Below, in pieces: positions 39,280-52,650 of a stretch of DNA of 64,000 nucleotides. The number at the start of each line of letters is the position of its first letter. Position 1 is the stretch's first letter. The notes under the pieces are model-generated. The model saw only the letters and a list, made by a program, of their open reading frames with translations. It had not been told where the DNA came from and searched no databases. Source of the DNA: Heterodontus francisci (lineage: Eukaryota); contig NC_090415.1 in the NCBI RefSeq assembly GCF_036365525.1, forward strand, positions 9,734,001-9,798,000. The letters run 5' to 3'. The position numbers and the translations under genes were made by a program.

Positions 39280-42200
39280 AGAAGTAGACCATTCAGCCGC
39301 TCGAGCTTGCTCCGCTATTCAATTTGTTCTTGGCTGATCAATTTCTGAGTTGAATTCCGCACTCCCATCTATGCCTGATAATCTTTGATTCCCTTGCCTA
39401 ACAAGAATCTATCTACCCCTGCCTTAAAAATATTCAATTACCCCACCTCCACCACCTTCTGAGGCAGAGAATTCCAAAGTTGCACAACCCTCGGAGAGAA
39501 TAAAATCTCATCTCTGTCCTAAAATGGCAACCCCTAATTGGAAAACAGCATCCCCGAGTTTTGAACTCATCCACAAGAGGAAACATCCTTTCCCCATACA
39601 CTTGTCAAGACCATTCAGGATGTTATACACTTCAATCAAGTCTCCCCTCACTCTTCTAAACTCCAGTGAAGAAAAGCCCAGTCTGTCCAACCTTTCCTCA
39701 TAAGACAACCCACTCATTCCAGGTATCAATCTAATAAACCTCCTGTGAAACACCTCCAACACATTTACTTCCTTCCTTAAATATGGAGACTAAAACTGCA
39801 CGCAGTATTCAAGATGTGGTCACACCAATGCCCTGTATAACTGAAGCAAAACATTCTTCCATTTATTTTCAATTCCTCTCATGATAAAGGATAGTATTCC
39901 ATTTTCCTTCTTGATGACTTGTTGTACCTGCATACTAACTTTTCATGACTCATGCACCAGAACACCTAGATCCCTCTGCACCTCGGAATTATGCAGTTGT
40001 TCTCCATTTAAGTAATACTTTGTTTTTTGAATCTTCCAGACAAAGTGAACAACTTCACATTTTTTCACATTACACTTCATCTGCCAGATTTCTGACCACT
40101 CACTCAACCATCTATCAAGGTCTGCAACCTCCTTATGTCCTCTTCACAACACACTTTCCTACCGATCTGTGTGTCATCTTCAAATTTAACTGCCATGCCA
40201 TTGCTCCCCTCATCTAGGTTATGGATATAAACTGTAAAAAGTTGTGGGCCCAGCACAGACCCCTGTGTTACTCCACTTATCACATCCTCCCGATCAGAAT
40301 GTTTTCTGTCAGCCAGCCAATCTTCTATCCATGCTAATTAAGTTACCCACTACACCATGAACTCCTGCTTTGCACAATAACCTTTCATGTGGCACCTTGA
40401 CAAAGGCCTTCTTGAAAACCAAATACTGTATGTCAATGGGCTCCCCTTTATCCCCAGTGCATTTTCCTCCTTGAAAGAACTCTAATACTTTGGTTAACCA
40501 TGATTTCCCTTTCACATCGCCATGCTGAACATTTCCAATGACCTTGTGTTTTTCTAAAGGCCCAGCTATAGCCTCCTTAATGATCAATTCTAATGCCTAC
40601 CCTGAATCAGGGGTCAAGCTAACTGGCCTATAGTTACCCAATTTCTGCCTCTCCACCTTCTTGAATAGAGGGGTTATATTTGCTACTTTCCAGTCTGATG
40701 GAACCTTTTTGGAATCTAGTGAATCTTGAAAAAATAACGAGTCAACTATTTCAGCAGCCATAACTTTAAGGACCCGAGGATGAAGCCCATCAGGACCCAG
40801 AGACTTGTCAGCCAGCAGCTCCATCAGTTTATTCAGTACCACTTCCCTGGTGATTGTAACTTCACCAAGTTCCTCTCTTCCTTCCACCTCCTGATTAACT
40901 GCTATTACTGAAATATTTTGTGTATCCTCCAGTGAAGACAGAAGCCAAATAATTGTTCATTTCAACCACCATTTCCTTATTCGCTACTATTAACTCCCCA
41001 TTCTCATTCTCTAGAGGACCAACACTCACTTTACTTACACTTTTCCTTTTTAAATACCTATAGAAACACTTGCTATCCGTTTTTACATTTCTGGCTAATT
41101 TTCTGTCATAATCTAATTTATTTTCTCCTGATGAACCTTTTAGACATTCTCTGCCTTTCATTATATTCTGACCAATCATCTGACCTGCCCCTCATCTTTG
41201 CACAATTATATGCATTTTCTTTAAGGTTGAGGTTATCATTAACTTCTTTAGTTAACCATGGATGGTGGGTCCTCCCCTTGGAATTTTACTTTACTGTAGG
41301 AGTATACTTTGAGTATTCTGAAATATCCCCTTAAAAGTCTGCCACTGCTTCTCTATTAATTTATCTGCAAGCCTAGAAACCCCGTTCAATTCAGCTAGCT
41401 CAGCTTGCATGCCCACATAGTTGTCCTTATTTAAGTTTAAAATACTCGTCTTAGACCCACTCCTCTCAATTTCAAACTGGATGCAAAATTCAATCATATT
41501 GTGGTTGCTGCTACCTAGAGGTGCCTTTACACTGAGGTCATTAATTAATCCTGTCAAATTACACAATACCAAATCTAATATAACCTGGTTCCAGAATGTA
41601 CTGCTCAAAGAAACTATCTCAAAAGCATTCTATGAACTCTTTGTCCAGGCTGCTATAACCAATCTCATTTTTCCAGTTTATATGTTGAATAAAATCCCCA
41701 TTATTATTTCCATCCTTTTATCACAAGCACCCAAAATTTCTTCTTGTATACTTCACCCTACATTGTCATTATTGCTTGGGGGCCTGTACACAACTCCCAC
41801 GAGTGACTTCTTTCCCCGACTATTCCTCATCATCACCCAAACCGATTCGACATCCTGATCTCCTGAAGCAAGGTCATCTCTAACTATTGCACCAATGCCA
41901 TCCTTGATTAACAGTGCAACCCCTCCACCTTTATCTAACTTCCTATTCTTCTTGAATGCTGTATACGCCTCAATATTCAGGACCCAACCATTGTTGTCTT
42001 GTAGCCATGTCTCTGTAATGGCTATTATATCATATTGATTTACTTCAATGTGCACTATCTGTTCCTCTACCTTGTTATGAATGCTATGTGCATTCACATA
42101 CAGAGCCTTAGATTTTTATTATCTTTGTAACCCCTCGTGTTGACTGTTGGTGTGTTCTTAGGTTTTTTTCTCTCTGTCCCTTCCGCCATTCACAGGTCTT

Positions 42201-42445
42201 CATTTCCCATATTACTATTCTGCTCTCTTGCCTTGACTCTACCCCTTGATTTGCTACATCTACCCAAGCTTGATCCCTCTGTTTAGTTCAAAGCCCTCTC
42301 TATTTCCCTAGTTATGCAGTTTGCCAGAACACTGGTCCAAGCCGTTTCAGGTGCTGACCGTCAGAATGGTACAGCCCCCATTTTCTCCGGTAATGGTGTC
42401 AGTGCCCCATGAACTGAACCCCACTTCTCCCACACCAGTCTTTTG
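39280..42445 (-). mobile_element. CR1 LINE, decayed (paralog of 7770-10620)
   Basis: MNAHSIHNK..ITETWL..GGGVALL..GVVYRPP, GPDGLHPRVLK, GNYRPVSLT (no PLE insert here), RGDLIEVYNIL. Confidence 0.9.
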
Positions 42446-42990
42446 GAGTGTAAGTGTCAATGTATACCTCTCAATTCCCTAATCTACAATTTATCTCTGT
42501 CAGTTTCTGATTTTGAGTGTGTTTTTCTGTACCTGTTTCATGTGGGAATCATCTTATTCTGACCCTTTCAAATTTTGATGTGTCTGTGTGTCTGGCTTGT
42601 ACTTTATCCCCATCAGTTTAGGGTATGTGAGTGTGGATTTGACTGTTAATATTACATTCTTGGGAATATATATATAAAAAAAAAAGATATGGGGGTTCAC
42701 ATTTCATCTTTGATTGTCTAGAAGGCCAATTTAAGGTTTAACCTGTGCCCTTAAATTTCTAACATGTAGCTGTAGTTTTTAACCTGTCACTGTCACTATC
42801 TGTTATAAGAGTAAGGATATCATTCTGGTTTTTAATTGTGGATTTTTCACCACATCTCTACATTGTCTCGGAAGTGAATGTGATTTTCAGTCTGTACATG
42901 CCTGTTTCTAACATATGGCTCTGAGGTTTAATTTGTACATGTCATTCCCTGGTATGTGACGGCCAATTCTATTCTGAACCTGTCAGTTTT
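42445..42990 (+). repeat. Degenerate ~41-bp satellite block (paralog of 10620-11160)
   Basis: Colinear with 10620-11160. Confidence 0.72.
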
Positions 42991-43265
42991 TGTCTGTGCG
43001 GAGTTTGCAAGTTCTCCCTGTGACCGCATGGTTTTCCGTCGGGTGCTCTGGTTTCCTCCCACAGCCAAAGACTTGCAGGTTGATAGGTGAATTGGCCATT
43101 GTAAATTCCCTCTAGTGTTGGTAGGAGAATGGTGGGGATGTGGTAGGGAATATGGGGTTAATGTAGGATTGGTAGAAATGGGTGGTTGTTGGTCGGCAGA
43201 GACTTGGTGGGCCGAAGGGCCTGTTTCAGTTCTGCATCTCTAAATAAATAAAATAAATAAATAAA
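42991..43265 (+). mobile_element. tRNA-derived SINE, 5'-truncated
   Basis: Core GGAGTTTGCAAGTTCTCCCTGTG; (TAAA)n tail. Confidence 0.88.
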
Positions 43266-44620
43266 TATATGCAAGTTACTGATACTGTGTCTGTATATTT
43301 GATTCATTCCTGATCTGTGAGGCTCTGGCACCCTGGTTGAGTGTAGGATTCACTCTGCATCTATGTGTCTTTGTGCTGTATGTGAGTTGAGATCCTGCTG
43401 TATTCAGGACTTAATATATATTTCAGGCACTGTGTTGTCAACGCTTTGTTTCACACATTAATGTATCAATATGTGTTTAATTTAAAATATGGATAAACAA
43501 AATTTTATTGCTGTAGGTTTTATGCAATTCTTGTTTGAGTTGCAGTTTGGTATCCAATTGTAGCTCTGCAAAAGCAATTGTGAATGACGAGCTTTTAATT
43601 TCAGAGCATGACCTGATATGCAATGTCAAATTCCATCCATTTGTAGAAAATGAATTAATCCTATGTGTTTTTGTCTGACCCTGAGTGACATGTTTGGACT
43701 GATGTGTAATTTGTAGCTCAGTTTATATTGTGGGGTACGTTATTGGGATTCATTCTGTCGCTTTCAATCAGGTACATTTTGTCTGTTCTACTTAAGATTT
43801 GGGAATTGATTTGTAGTCAAGGCAACACAATGTATTTAATTCTGATAATGTGTGTGTTTTTGGCCTGTGATTGATGTATCTACCAGTCAGTTGGAGTGAA
43901 ATAGAAATGACGACTATCTCTACTGCTCTGTTTGACTATTGGATTGATAATGCGTCTGTTGGGATCAGTGTTGGTCTGACTACTTCTTTTGTTTGTCACA
44001 CTGAAAATGATGACCTGACCGTGTCACTGTGCTTTGTGACTGATACTGTACCTACTGTGTATTGGAACGAGCTGGATGCACGTTTCCTTCTGTCGAGGAG
44101 TTATGCCTTCCCATCTGGTTCCTTCAAGTGTTTGCCTGCAGAAAAAGAAAGTTAACTTTTATACTTGAATAACAGCTGAGTGAGAAGACAGAAAAGTGAT
44201 CAATGTAATCTTTACAATAATAAACATTCTGAACAATCACAAAAGGAAAGTCAACAACACAAGTAGTGTCAGTGTCTGAGTCCACTGCAGTACTGCAGTA
44301 CTCTGCTTCTACTTGCCAGATATTTGGAGCGGTTTTATAACAATTTTGTGACATTCACAAACAACCCAAGCCCCGCACTGTTCCATGAATTGGAATACCC
44401 GATTGAGTAGTGACATTTGTGTAAGCCAGATTTCTATTTCCATGTCTCATTGTTCAACGGACAACAAGTAAGCACTGTTTAAAAAAGTGTCTTTAATCTT
44501 CTCACCTGGTCCCTTCAAAGCTGCCGCATCTTTATTGTTCAGCCTTTTTTTTCTGCTGTTCACTATCTATTAACAATAAAGAATGAGATACTGGATCTGA
44601 ACTAGGGACATTCATTACTG

Positions 44621-45092
44621 AAGAAGGGTCACTGACCTGAAGCGTTAACTCTGCTTCTCTCTCCAAAGATGCAGCCAGACCTGCTGAGTTTAGTTTCGTT
44701 TAGCTTAGAGATACAGCACTCAAACAGGCCCTTCGGCCCACCGAGTCTGTGCCGACCATCAACCACCCATTTATACTAATCCTACACTGATCCCATATTC
44801 CTACCACATCCCCAACTGTCCCTATATTTCCCTCCCACCTACCTATACTAGGGGCAATTTATAATGGCCAATTTGCCCACCAACCTGCAAGTCTTTTGGC
44901 TTGTGGGAGGAAACCGGAGCACCCGGAGAAAACCCACACAGACACAGGGAGAACTTGCAAACTCCACACAGACAGTACTCAGAATTGAACCCGGGTCGCT
45001 GGAGCTGTGAGGCTGCGGTGCTAACCACTGCGCCACATTTCTTGTTTTTATTTCAGATTTCCAGCATCCGCAGTATTTTGCTTTTTATTGTC
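44621..45092 (+). mobile_element. Short PLE-terminus insertion with a nested SINE
   Basis: Begins (CTG)AAGAAGGGTCACTGACCTGAAGCGTTAACT; flanked by ACATTCATTACTG (44608-44620, 45093-45105); empty site at ~39083. Confidence 0.85.
44689..45035 (-). mobile_element. tRNA-derived SINE, full length
   Basis: Near-identical to 35600-35943 and 54531-54877. Confidence 0.92.
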
Positions 45093-45454
45093 ACATTCAT
45101 TACTGTTTGGAGAGAGAAATCAGCAATGATTTTCAATTGTGAGTACATCATATTCTGTCTCTCTCTCCCTGTCCAGACACTGCCTGAGAAAGACCTCTCC
45201 CTTCCCCCCCAGCTCACTCCATGTTCCAGGACCAGTTCCTGCTCCACAATGTACATTACAAACTGTCCCCCACTCCCGCTGAATGGACCCGGTAATCAAT
45301 GCTAATCTATCAGCACATCGGCAGACACGGGCCCAAATCTGTTGTACTGCTGTGAGCAGATACTGTTTGTTCACTTAGCCCAGGCTTGTAATGTCTCCAT
45401 TTACAGCTGATTTAAACAATCACAGTGAATGGCGCTCAGAGGCAGAGCTGGGGG

Positions 45455-45520
45455 ATGGGGTGCGCATGCGCTCTTCTCCGCGTTATGACGTCATATTCGA
45501 CTGTCCTTTCTCGCGCGTGA
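45455..45520. promoter_or_regulatory. Promoter-like CpG patch (NRF1 and CRE motifs), paralog of 19150-19230
   Basis: GCGCATGCGC at 45462-45471; TGACGTCA at 45486-45493; flanks align with 19050-19480. Confidence 0.55.
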
Positions 45521-47018
45521 GCAGATCTCTGCAATAATTCAGCAAATAAACATCAATGGGAACATCCCCCAATGTCTACATTGAAAAGTCAAACATGGGG
45601 TTAGGGTGGAGGGAGGGAGGGGAAGTGTGGGGGAACATGGAACATATAACACTGGCAGCTGGTCCCATTTAGATGCTCAAATTGCGGACTCTGTCTGCAG
45701 GGTGTTTGTTACTATTGAGCCCCTCTTCTCAAAGCGACAGAAACATGGGAAGAATGAGGGAGCCGGTGTGTTTGCTGGGACTTTGCAGAGTTAATATCAG
45801 CCAGCAACATTTTATTTTACCCGAGTGAAAACCCAGGTCAATGAGAGTAATACCGGACGGCAATCTTCATCGTTTTATTTTAAACAAGAGACACGCGATT
45901 ACACCGGACACACAAGCACAGTGAGAATAGAGCTGGACCGTCCCAGAGTCCCAGCTCCCGGTTGTTAAATGTCCTCATGTACACAGTCTTTGCTGTGATT
46001 TTCAGGGGTTAGTTGCCGATGCCTAGGTCTGTATCCCTTAAACACTTTGAGACAGGAGATTCTCGCAGTCCCTGTTGAAAGATTGATGGACAGGAATATT
46101 TCCAATCTTTGGCCGAGTCGATCATAACCTGCTGTTCAATCATGTTATTATTCAAAGAATTAATGAGACATTCTGTTCACTACTCAGGCCTTGAACTCGG
46201 TTTGAGCAGACCAAAAACTGAAAGGTTCAGCACTTTTGCAGATAGAGCAGGTAAAGCTGGATAGAGGGACTCAGGGTGAATCCTACACACACAGGATAGA
46301 AGCAGTGACAGGTACCCAGGGAGGGGAACTGGTCTCCTTTCTGTTGCCTACTCACCCAAAAAGAGACAGTTAGAGACTGATTAAACATCCACCCCACTGC
46401 AATTCAGTACTGGAGAAAGACATAGACTCATCTACTCCATCCTTCCTTACTGTATCTGTGACATGGTACAAGGGAAAGTTTTCCAAAGCCCCTCACTCAC
46501 AGACAGCAACTGACGTGTGTTCCGTCAGTATTCGTCTATCACTTAGTCTGAACAGGGGTCTCTCCAAAAACCTGCAAATGCAGAATCCGGAAGCAGCTGT
46601 TTTGCTCAGAAATTGGTCGTTGCAGGAGAACCCCTGGCTGAGTGTGGAAACATTTTAGATATGTCCTCAAATCATCTCTCATTTGGGAAGATAGTTTACA
46701 GTTCAGGGAAATTTGTCGGTAACATGTGAAGTCGAGGCTCGAAGGCAGCATCCATACCTCCAAACGGGTCATTTACCTGAACCCTTCTAACACCACCTAA
46801 CCCTCATGTGGCAGAGTCTGCAGATCATGCAGTGGATTTATCAGCTATTTCAGAACCCATCAAACTGGAGTGTAAAAAGTCATCCATAATCGCAGGGGAC
46901 TGTCTGAGATGGAGGAGAATAAATAGGTCAATATGACCATCATCAATAATAATAAAGTGCATAGGGAGGAGATCGAGAGGAGGGAGATAGAATAGAGAGG
47001 GGAAGTGGTGACAGAAAA

Positions 47019-47772
47019 TGTCCTGTGATTATTGGCCAAAATAGACCTACAAGGTACAAACTCAAGTTCTGTGATCAAGTCTGAGAGTTTATTAAGCTTA
47101 ACTAAGATAGATAAAGTGAATGTTTAACAACAGCAATAGGTTTGCAGCATCACTCAGCACCGGTTCTTGCTTCTGTGCTTGCTGGGGCGTGGACTTCTCT
47201 CTTTCTGCTTCCCTTGCTGTTTTCTTGACCGTAGTCTATCTTCTCCTTCTAAGTGTGATAACGATGTTCCGTGGACCCCTCTGTAAGTGCCGACAATGTC
47301 CCTTAACACCCTTTCTTTTACCCTTCTTTGGGTGCAAGGATGTCACCATATTAGCTTTGAATTGTTCGAAGTATCCTAATTGGCCCAAGTTGACATCATT
47401 GTTTGACCCTAGTTAGTTAATGGTTCAATCTACACACATTACAGATACTTCCTGTTCCTTTCTATTTTAACAAGGATACTAAAGGTCACATTCTTGCTGA
47501 TGGAAGCCATTTTGATTTTGCAATTCTACAGTGTCCTATTTATCTCATCTCACCCCCTGTAAGGATGCTGTGGTCTTCAACCTATCTCTCCCATTGTCCT
47601 TACATAGAGGTTTTAACGGACTATAGCCTTGTAATGTCATTTCATAATGAAACAAGCATTAGCTCAAACAGACTGTAATATATTGATGTACATAGCATAC
47701 AATTAGTCCTATTATTGTAGCTGTCCTTATTATTCACAAAGGTAAAATATGTCATGATCCATCACCCCCACA
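47019..47772 (-). mobile_element. LTR-like segment
   Basis: Minus strand reads TG...CA with CCAAT at 47379-47383 and AATAAA at 47088-47093 about 70 nt before the end. No target-site duplication, partner LTR or gag/pol seen. Confidence 0.35.
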
Positions 47773-48129
47773 TTGTGGGCCCCTCCTGCTGCATGACTTT
47801 TCCTTTTTGTCGTGACTCAGTGCATCATCCACACAGACACATCTCTCAACATGGCATTTTGACATATTCCTGTGATGATGACAGTCACTGCTTTGCCATC
47901 CAGCCTTGACATAGCAGTTCTTGCATAAATGTAAGCCATGGAAATGCTCTAACCTTTACACAGAGTATAGCAGTGTTCAGGTGATACAGAAAATCCAGTG
48001 AATTGGGCAGAGACAATCAGTTGATCTCTCAAAGTCTCTTAGTTTTATGCTCCTATCTATACTACTTAATACACAACTATTCTTTTGCACCTGAAAAGCT
48101 TCGATAGATGACTCTGGATTGTGTTCTGT

Positions 48130-48460
48130 AAGTAAGGGGTTGTTCTCCTTTGAGAAATGGAGATTGAGAGGAGGTTTGACAGAGGTGTATATAAGTTAGA
48201 CAAGGATAACCTGTTCCCATTAGCTGATGGTACAAGGACTAGGAGACACAGACTGATGGTTTATGGCAAGAGATGGAAGGGAATGTGAGGAAGAACTTTT
48301 TCTGTTTTACCTGCTGGACCTCGCTGTCCACAAGTGTGGTGGAAGGAGAGACAATCAATGATTTCAATAAGAAACTGGATAAGCACTTGAAGGAAACAAA
48401 CTTGCTGCAGGGCGACGCTGATCAAGCAAGGAAGTGAGTCTGACTGGATGTTGACAATAT
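48130..48460 (+). mobile_element. CR1 3' fragment
   Basis: TTGTTCTCCTTTGAG..AGAGGTGTAT..AAGGACTAGGAGACAC, typical CR1 3' end. Confidence 0.75.
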
Positions 48461-48652
48461 TTTGTAAGCTTTCTTTCTGAATTTGCATTGACATTTTTAA
48501 GCTGCAAAATTCCACAGCACACTTGACCATCAACTTTAAGGGAGAAGAACATGGATGTTGAGAATATTTGTCGACTTCAATTCAGTCATGGCTTTTCATT
48601 TGTCACATTCTATGGCAAGGTTGCAGAAATATATTTGACCGCGAGTGGGCAT

Positions 48653-48724
48653 TGCGATGACCGGGAATCTAATCTGGGTCAATTGTTTGGAAGGCAGATA
48701 TACTCACCACTATACCAGCATCGC
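48653..48724 (-). pseudogene. tRNA-Gly(TCC) pseudogene
   Basis: GCGATGCTGGTATAGTGGTGAGTATATCTGCCTTCCAAACAATTGACCCAGATTAGATTCCCGGTCATCGCA aligns over 72 nt to vertebrate tRNA-Gly-TCC; the B box is mutated (GGTTCGATT to GATTAGATT). Confidence 0.88.
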
Positions 48725-48874
48725 TGGCATACATGTAGCTCGTCATTTATACAGTATACACACCAGAGCTCATTGGAACTCAAATGTCATTTCAACCATT
48801 TCAATCTACACCTTAACACCACGTTCATGTTCCCATTGGAGGATAGAATCATGGAATGGTTACCTCATCTCCGA

Positions 48875-49680
48875 GAAACCGAAAAAATTCTAACAGGACT
48901 GGACAGACTAGATGTAGGAAGGATGTTCCTGATGGCGGGGGAGTCCAGGACCAGGGGTGACAGTCTAAAGATAAGGGGTAAGACATTTAGGACTGAGATG
49001 AGGAGGGATTTCTTCACCCAGGGAGTGGTGAACCTGTGGAATTCTCTACCATAGAAAAGAGTTGAGGCCAAATTATTAAATAAATTCATAAGAGAGTTTG
49101 TTGCACTGGATTCGGGCATTTAGATGCTCATCAGATGAAATGCATTTTAATTTACTCTGGTCATTTGTGTAAGGCTTTTTTTTTTACAATTCGACCCGGG
49201 TTCAGTTCTGGGTACTGCCTGTGTGGAGTTTGCAAGTTCTCCCTGTGACCGCGTGGGTTTCCGCCTTGTGCTCCGGTTTTCTCTCACAGCCAAAGACTTG
49301 CAGGTTGATCGGTAAATTGGCCATTGTAAATTGCCCCCAGTGCAGGTAGGTGGTCGGAGAATTGAGGGAAGGTGGAAATGTGATAGGGAATATGGGATTA
49401 ACGTTGGAATAGTATGGTTGATGTGGTTGATGGTCGGCACAGACTGGGTGGGCCGAAGGGCCTGTTTCTGTGCTGTATCTCTCTCTGACTCTATGTACTA
49501 CTAAAGCGTGTCTTTTAGTTCTAAAATGAGCGCCGCTTATGTCTAAAGGGATCAAAGGATACGCGGACAAAGCGAGAACAGGGTACTGAGTTTGGATGAT
49601 CAGACATGATCGTATTGACTGGAGGTGCAGGCTCGAAGGGCCGAATGATTTACTCGTGCTCCAATTTTTCTATGTTTCTA
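48875..49680 (+). mobile_element. CR1 3' fragment interrupted by a SINE
   Basis: ETEKILTGLDRLDVGRMF..GESRTRGDSLKIRG..VVNLWNSLP; tail resumes at ~49520. Confidence 0.82.
49187..49495 (+). mobile_element. tRNA-derived SINE, 5'-truncated
   Basis: GACCCGGGTTCAGTTCTGGGTACTGCC head remnant, core and tail. Confidence 0.88.
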
Positions 49681-49964
49681 TTATATTAGTTATTCGTCGT
49701 GTCAAGGCCGGCTCTCAGCAAGACCTCCTCCACCGACCCGCCTTTTCTCCATTGCTCTGCAGTTTTGTTTTATTCTTGATATAATTATCCAATTCTGTTT
49801 TCAGGGTCTCGATTGAATCTGCCCCCAACACACTCGATGTTATTCCTCTCCAATTTCAGATATTTCTGAAGGAATGGGAATATTCTTGCATGACTCACTT
49901 TTAGCCAGTAGATGGCATCAGTCTACAATCATTTGGATCTTGTGATTTGTGTACACACATATCG

Positions 49965-50115
49965 ACCGCAATGGGTCTGCTGCTGCCCGGGGAGTTCTCC
50001 AAGCACGCCGCCTTGGCAGGGACAAAAACACTGACGAATTATCCCAGTTCCTTGTAAATCTCCACAATGTACAGAAATAAAACACGAAACGCAACATCTC
50101 TTTTAAAATTCGCCT
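49965..50115 (+). pseudogene. H2B C-terminal pseudogene fragment with decayed 3' UTR
   Basis: Translates to TAMGLLLPGEFSKHAALAGTKTLTNYPSSL* (49965-50057) versus H2[31 protein letters not shown]; followed by an H2B-like UTR and a broken stem-loop. Confidence 0.85.
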
Positions 50116-50147
50116 TCAGCTTCTTTGAAACAACTGCCCTGAAAAAA

Positions 50148-50285
50148 TAAACTGACCCTGCCCAGAACTGAGTTTGGCATCAGATAACACAACGGCTCTT
50201 CAAAGAGACATCAAATTGGCAAAAGATAGAGCTGTTATCTCTTGTTGATTCCAGCACATAAACGTCTCAGAAGGATTTGACCACC
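50148..50285 (+). pseudogene. H3 3' UTR remnant without coding sequence
   Basis: TAAACTGACCCTGCCC..CACAACGGCTCTTCAAAGAGAC..AAACGTCTCAGAAGGATTTGACCA matches 28311-28445; stem-loop degenerate at 50194-50209. Confidence 0.85.
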
Positions 50286-50644
50286 CTCTTTACTGTCCAC
50301 TGACAACTCTCGAAGCAGAGTGACCCAGATTCCTTTGTCTCCATATTGTAGCTGGGAATTTCAGGACCTTGCAGTTCTCAGTGTGAGAGCAGTGACACCA
50401 TTGTATACAAGTCATTTTATCAGAGTAGCTCATTTTAGAACTCAAGACACGCCTTAGTGGTATATAAACGGTAGAATTGTAAAAAAGCCTTACAAATATG
50501 GCAAGAGAAAATTAAAATGCATTCCATCTGATGAGCAGATAAAAGCTTGACTCCAGTACAATTCATACCAACACAAAATAACGCGAACAGTATAACATTA
50601 CCGTCTCTCAGACAGTAACCAGCCCTTTCACAGATGAAGTGGGT

Positions 50645-50660
50645 GGCTCTGAAAAGAGCC
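50645..50660 (-). other. Histone 3' stem-loop (H2A copy 2)
   Basis: GGCTCTTTTCAGAGCC-ACCCA on the minus strand. Confidence 0.95.
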
Positions 50661-50690
50661 TTTGGGTTGTCAAATTCAGGTCTGGCAGCT

Positions 50691-51305
<615 letters not shown>

Positions 51306-52023
51306 TCAAATTTGAAAAGCCCGCCAATATATTGGGGCGGCTTCAATATAAAATATCACATTTCTAGTTCTTTTTTTACGGTTAAATAAATAAAACCTTT
51401 TTCATATTGTGTTATTCTACATTTGGTAACAAGTTCCAGATTGGCTTTTACATTCTGACATCTATTCGGGTTTACTCTCTGTCCTTTTTGAAACCAGCGG
51501 GCAGAAAGTCTCTTTCACAACATTCTCCAACCGGGCACATTTCATGTCAATTTTCATAATAATACCGCATCACTGATGAACGATTGTTTGTTATTCGTGG
51601 GAGACAACAGCGGAGTGTAGATTTTCAGTGTCAGGTGTCAGCGTGTGAGACGGAGGGTTCCGACACCACCCGGGGGTTCTAGATAATGTACTTATTAATT
51701 TCTGAGGTCAAACTTGAACTAGGGAAATAAGTGACTGCGAACTGATGTATGTGCGTTAAATCAGCTTTTATTGTCGAAATACAGAAAAGGGGCCGAATAT
51801 GAACACGTCCGAGAACAAACCTCACAAATGGTCAGTGGTCAGTAATTTATATACGGGACATTATTAGTTAGAGACAGAAAGATCGCACGGGCAGTGAAAC
51901 TGCATTAACCAGAATCTATGGGAGTAAAACAGAGATCACAAAGGCAAGGACACTTGATATATAAATCAATATAAGTCGATACTATACAGACAATGTTGCA
52001 GCTTTTTCAGAGAAGTTGTGGGT

Positions 52024-52039
52024 GGCTCTTAAAAGAGCC
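52024..52039 (-). other. Histone 3' stem-loop (H2B copy 2)
   Basis: GGCTCTTTTAAGAGCC-ACCCA on the minus strand. Confidence 0.95.
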
Positions 52040-52078
52040 TTTTTGTGTTTTGGGTGTGTTTCAGTACATTGCGGATAT

Positions 52079-52459
52079 TTACTTGGAGCTGGTGTACTTG
52101 GTGACCGCCTTTGTACCTTCCGACACGGCGTGTTTGGCCAGCTCCCCGGGCAGCAGCAGGCGCACGGCGGTCTGGATCTCCCGGGAGCTGATGGTGCTGC
52201 GTTTGTTGTAATGGGCCAGGCGGGAAGCCTCACCCGCGATTCGCTCGAAAATATCATTCACAAACGAATTCATGATGCTCATGGCCTTGGAGGAGATGCC
52301 GGTGTCAGGGTGAACCTGCTTCATCACTTTGTACACGTAGATGGAGTAACTTTCTTTCCTGGATTTTCTCCGTTTCTTGCTGCCCTTCACTGGCGCCTTC
52401 TTCAGAACTTTCTTGGCGCCCTTCTTGGAAGGTGCTGCAGTTTTCTTCTCGTCAACCAT
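52079..52459 (-). CDS. H2B: Histone H2B, second variant (126 aa)
   Basis: [36 protein letters not shown]; ATG at 52459. Confidence 0.98.
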   Translation of the reverse strand: MVDEKKTAAPSKKGAKKVLKKAPVKGSKKRRKSRKESYSIYVYKVMKQVHPDTGISSKAMSIMNSFVNDIFERIAGEASRLAHYNKRSTISSREIQTAVRLLLPGELAKHAVSEGTKAVTKYTSSK

Positions 52460-52509
52460 GATCACGATCAATTTCAGACACAGAATTACCGAAATTTCGC
52501 TCCAAGCTC

Positions 52510-52650
52510 GCATTTTATAGACATCCCCAGAACCCTATGCAAATAAAGGATGGGAGAAGGCCATGTTCATGATTGGCTGGTTTACAATGATGTCACTGCC
52601 TGATGTTCTTGTATCTATCTGATTGGGTATCTAAAGCAACCAATCACATT
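52510..52650 (-). promoter_or_regulatory. H2B promoter with perfect octamer
   Basis: TATA at ~52513-52519; ATGCAAAT at 52537-52544; three CCAAT/ATTGG boxes. Confidence 0.82.
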
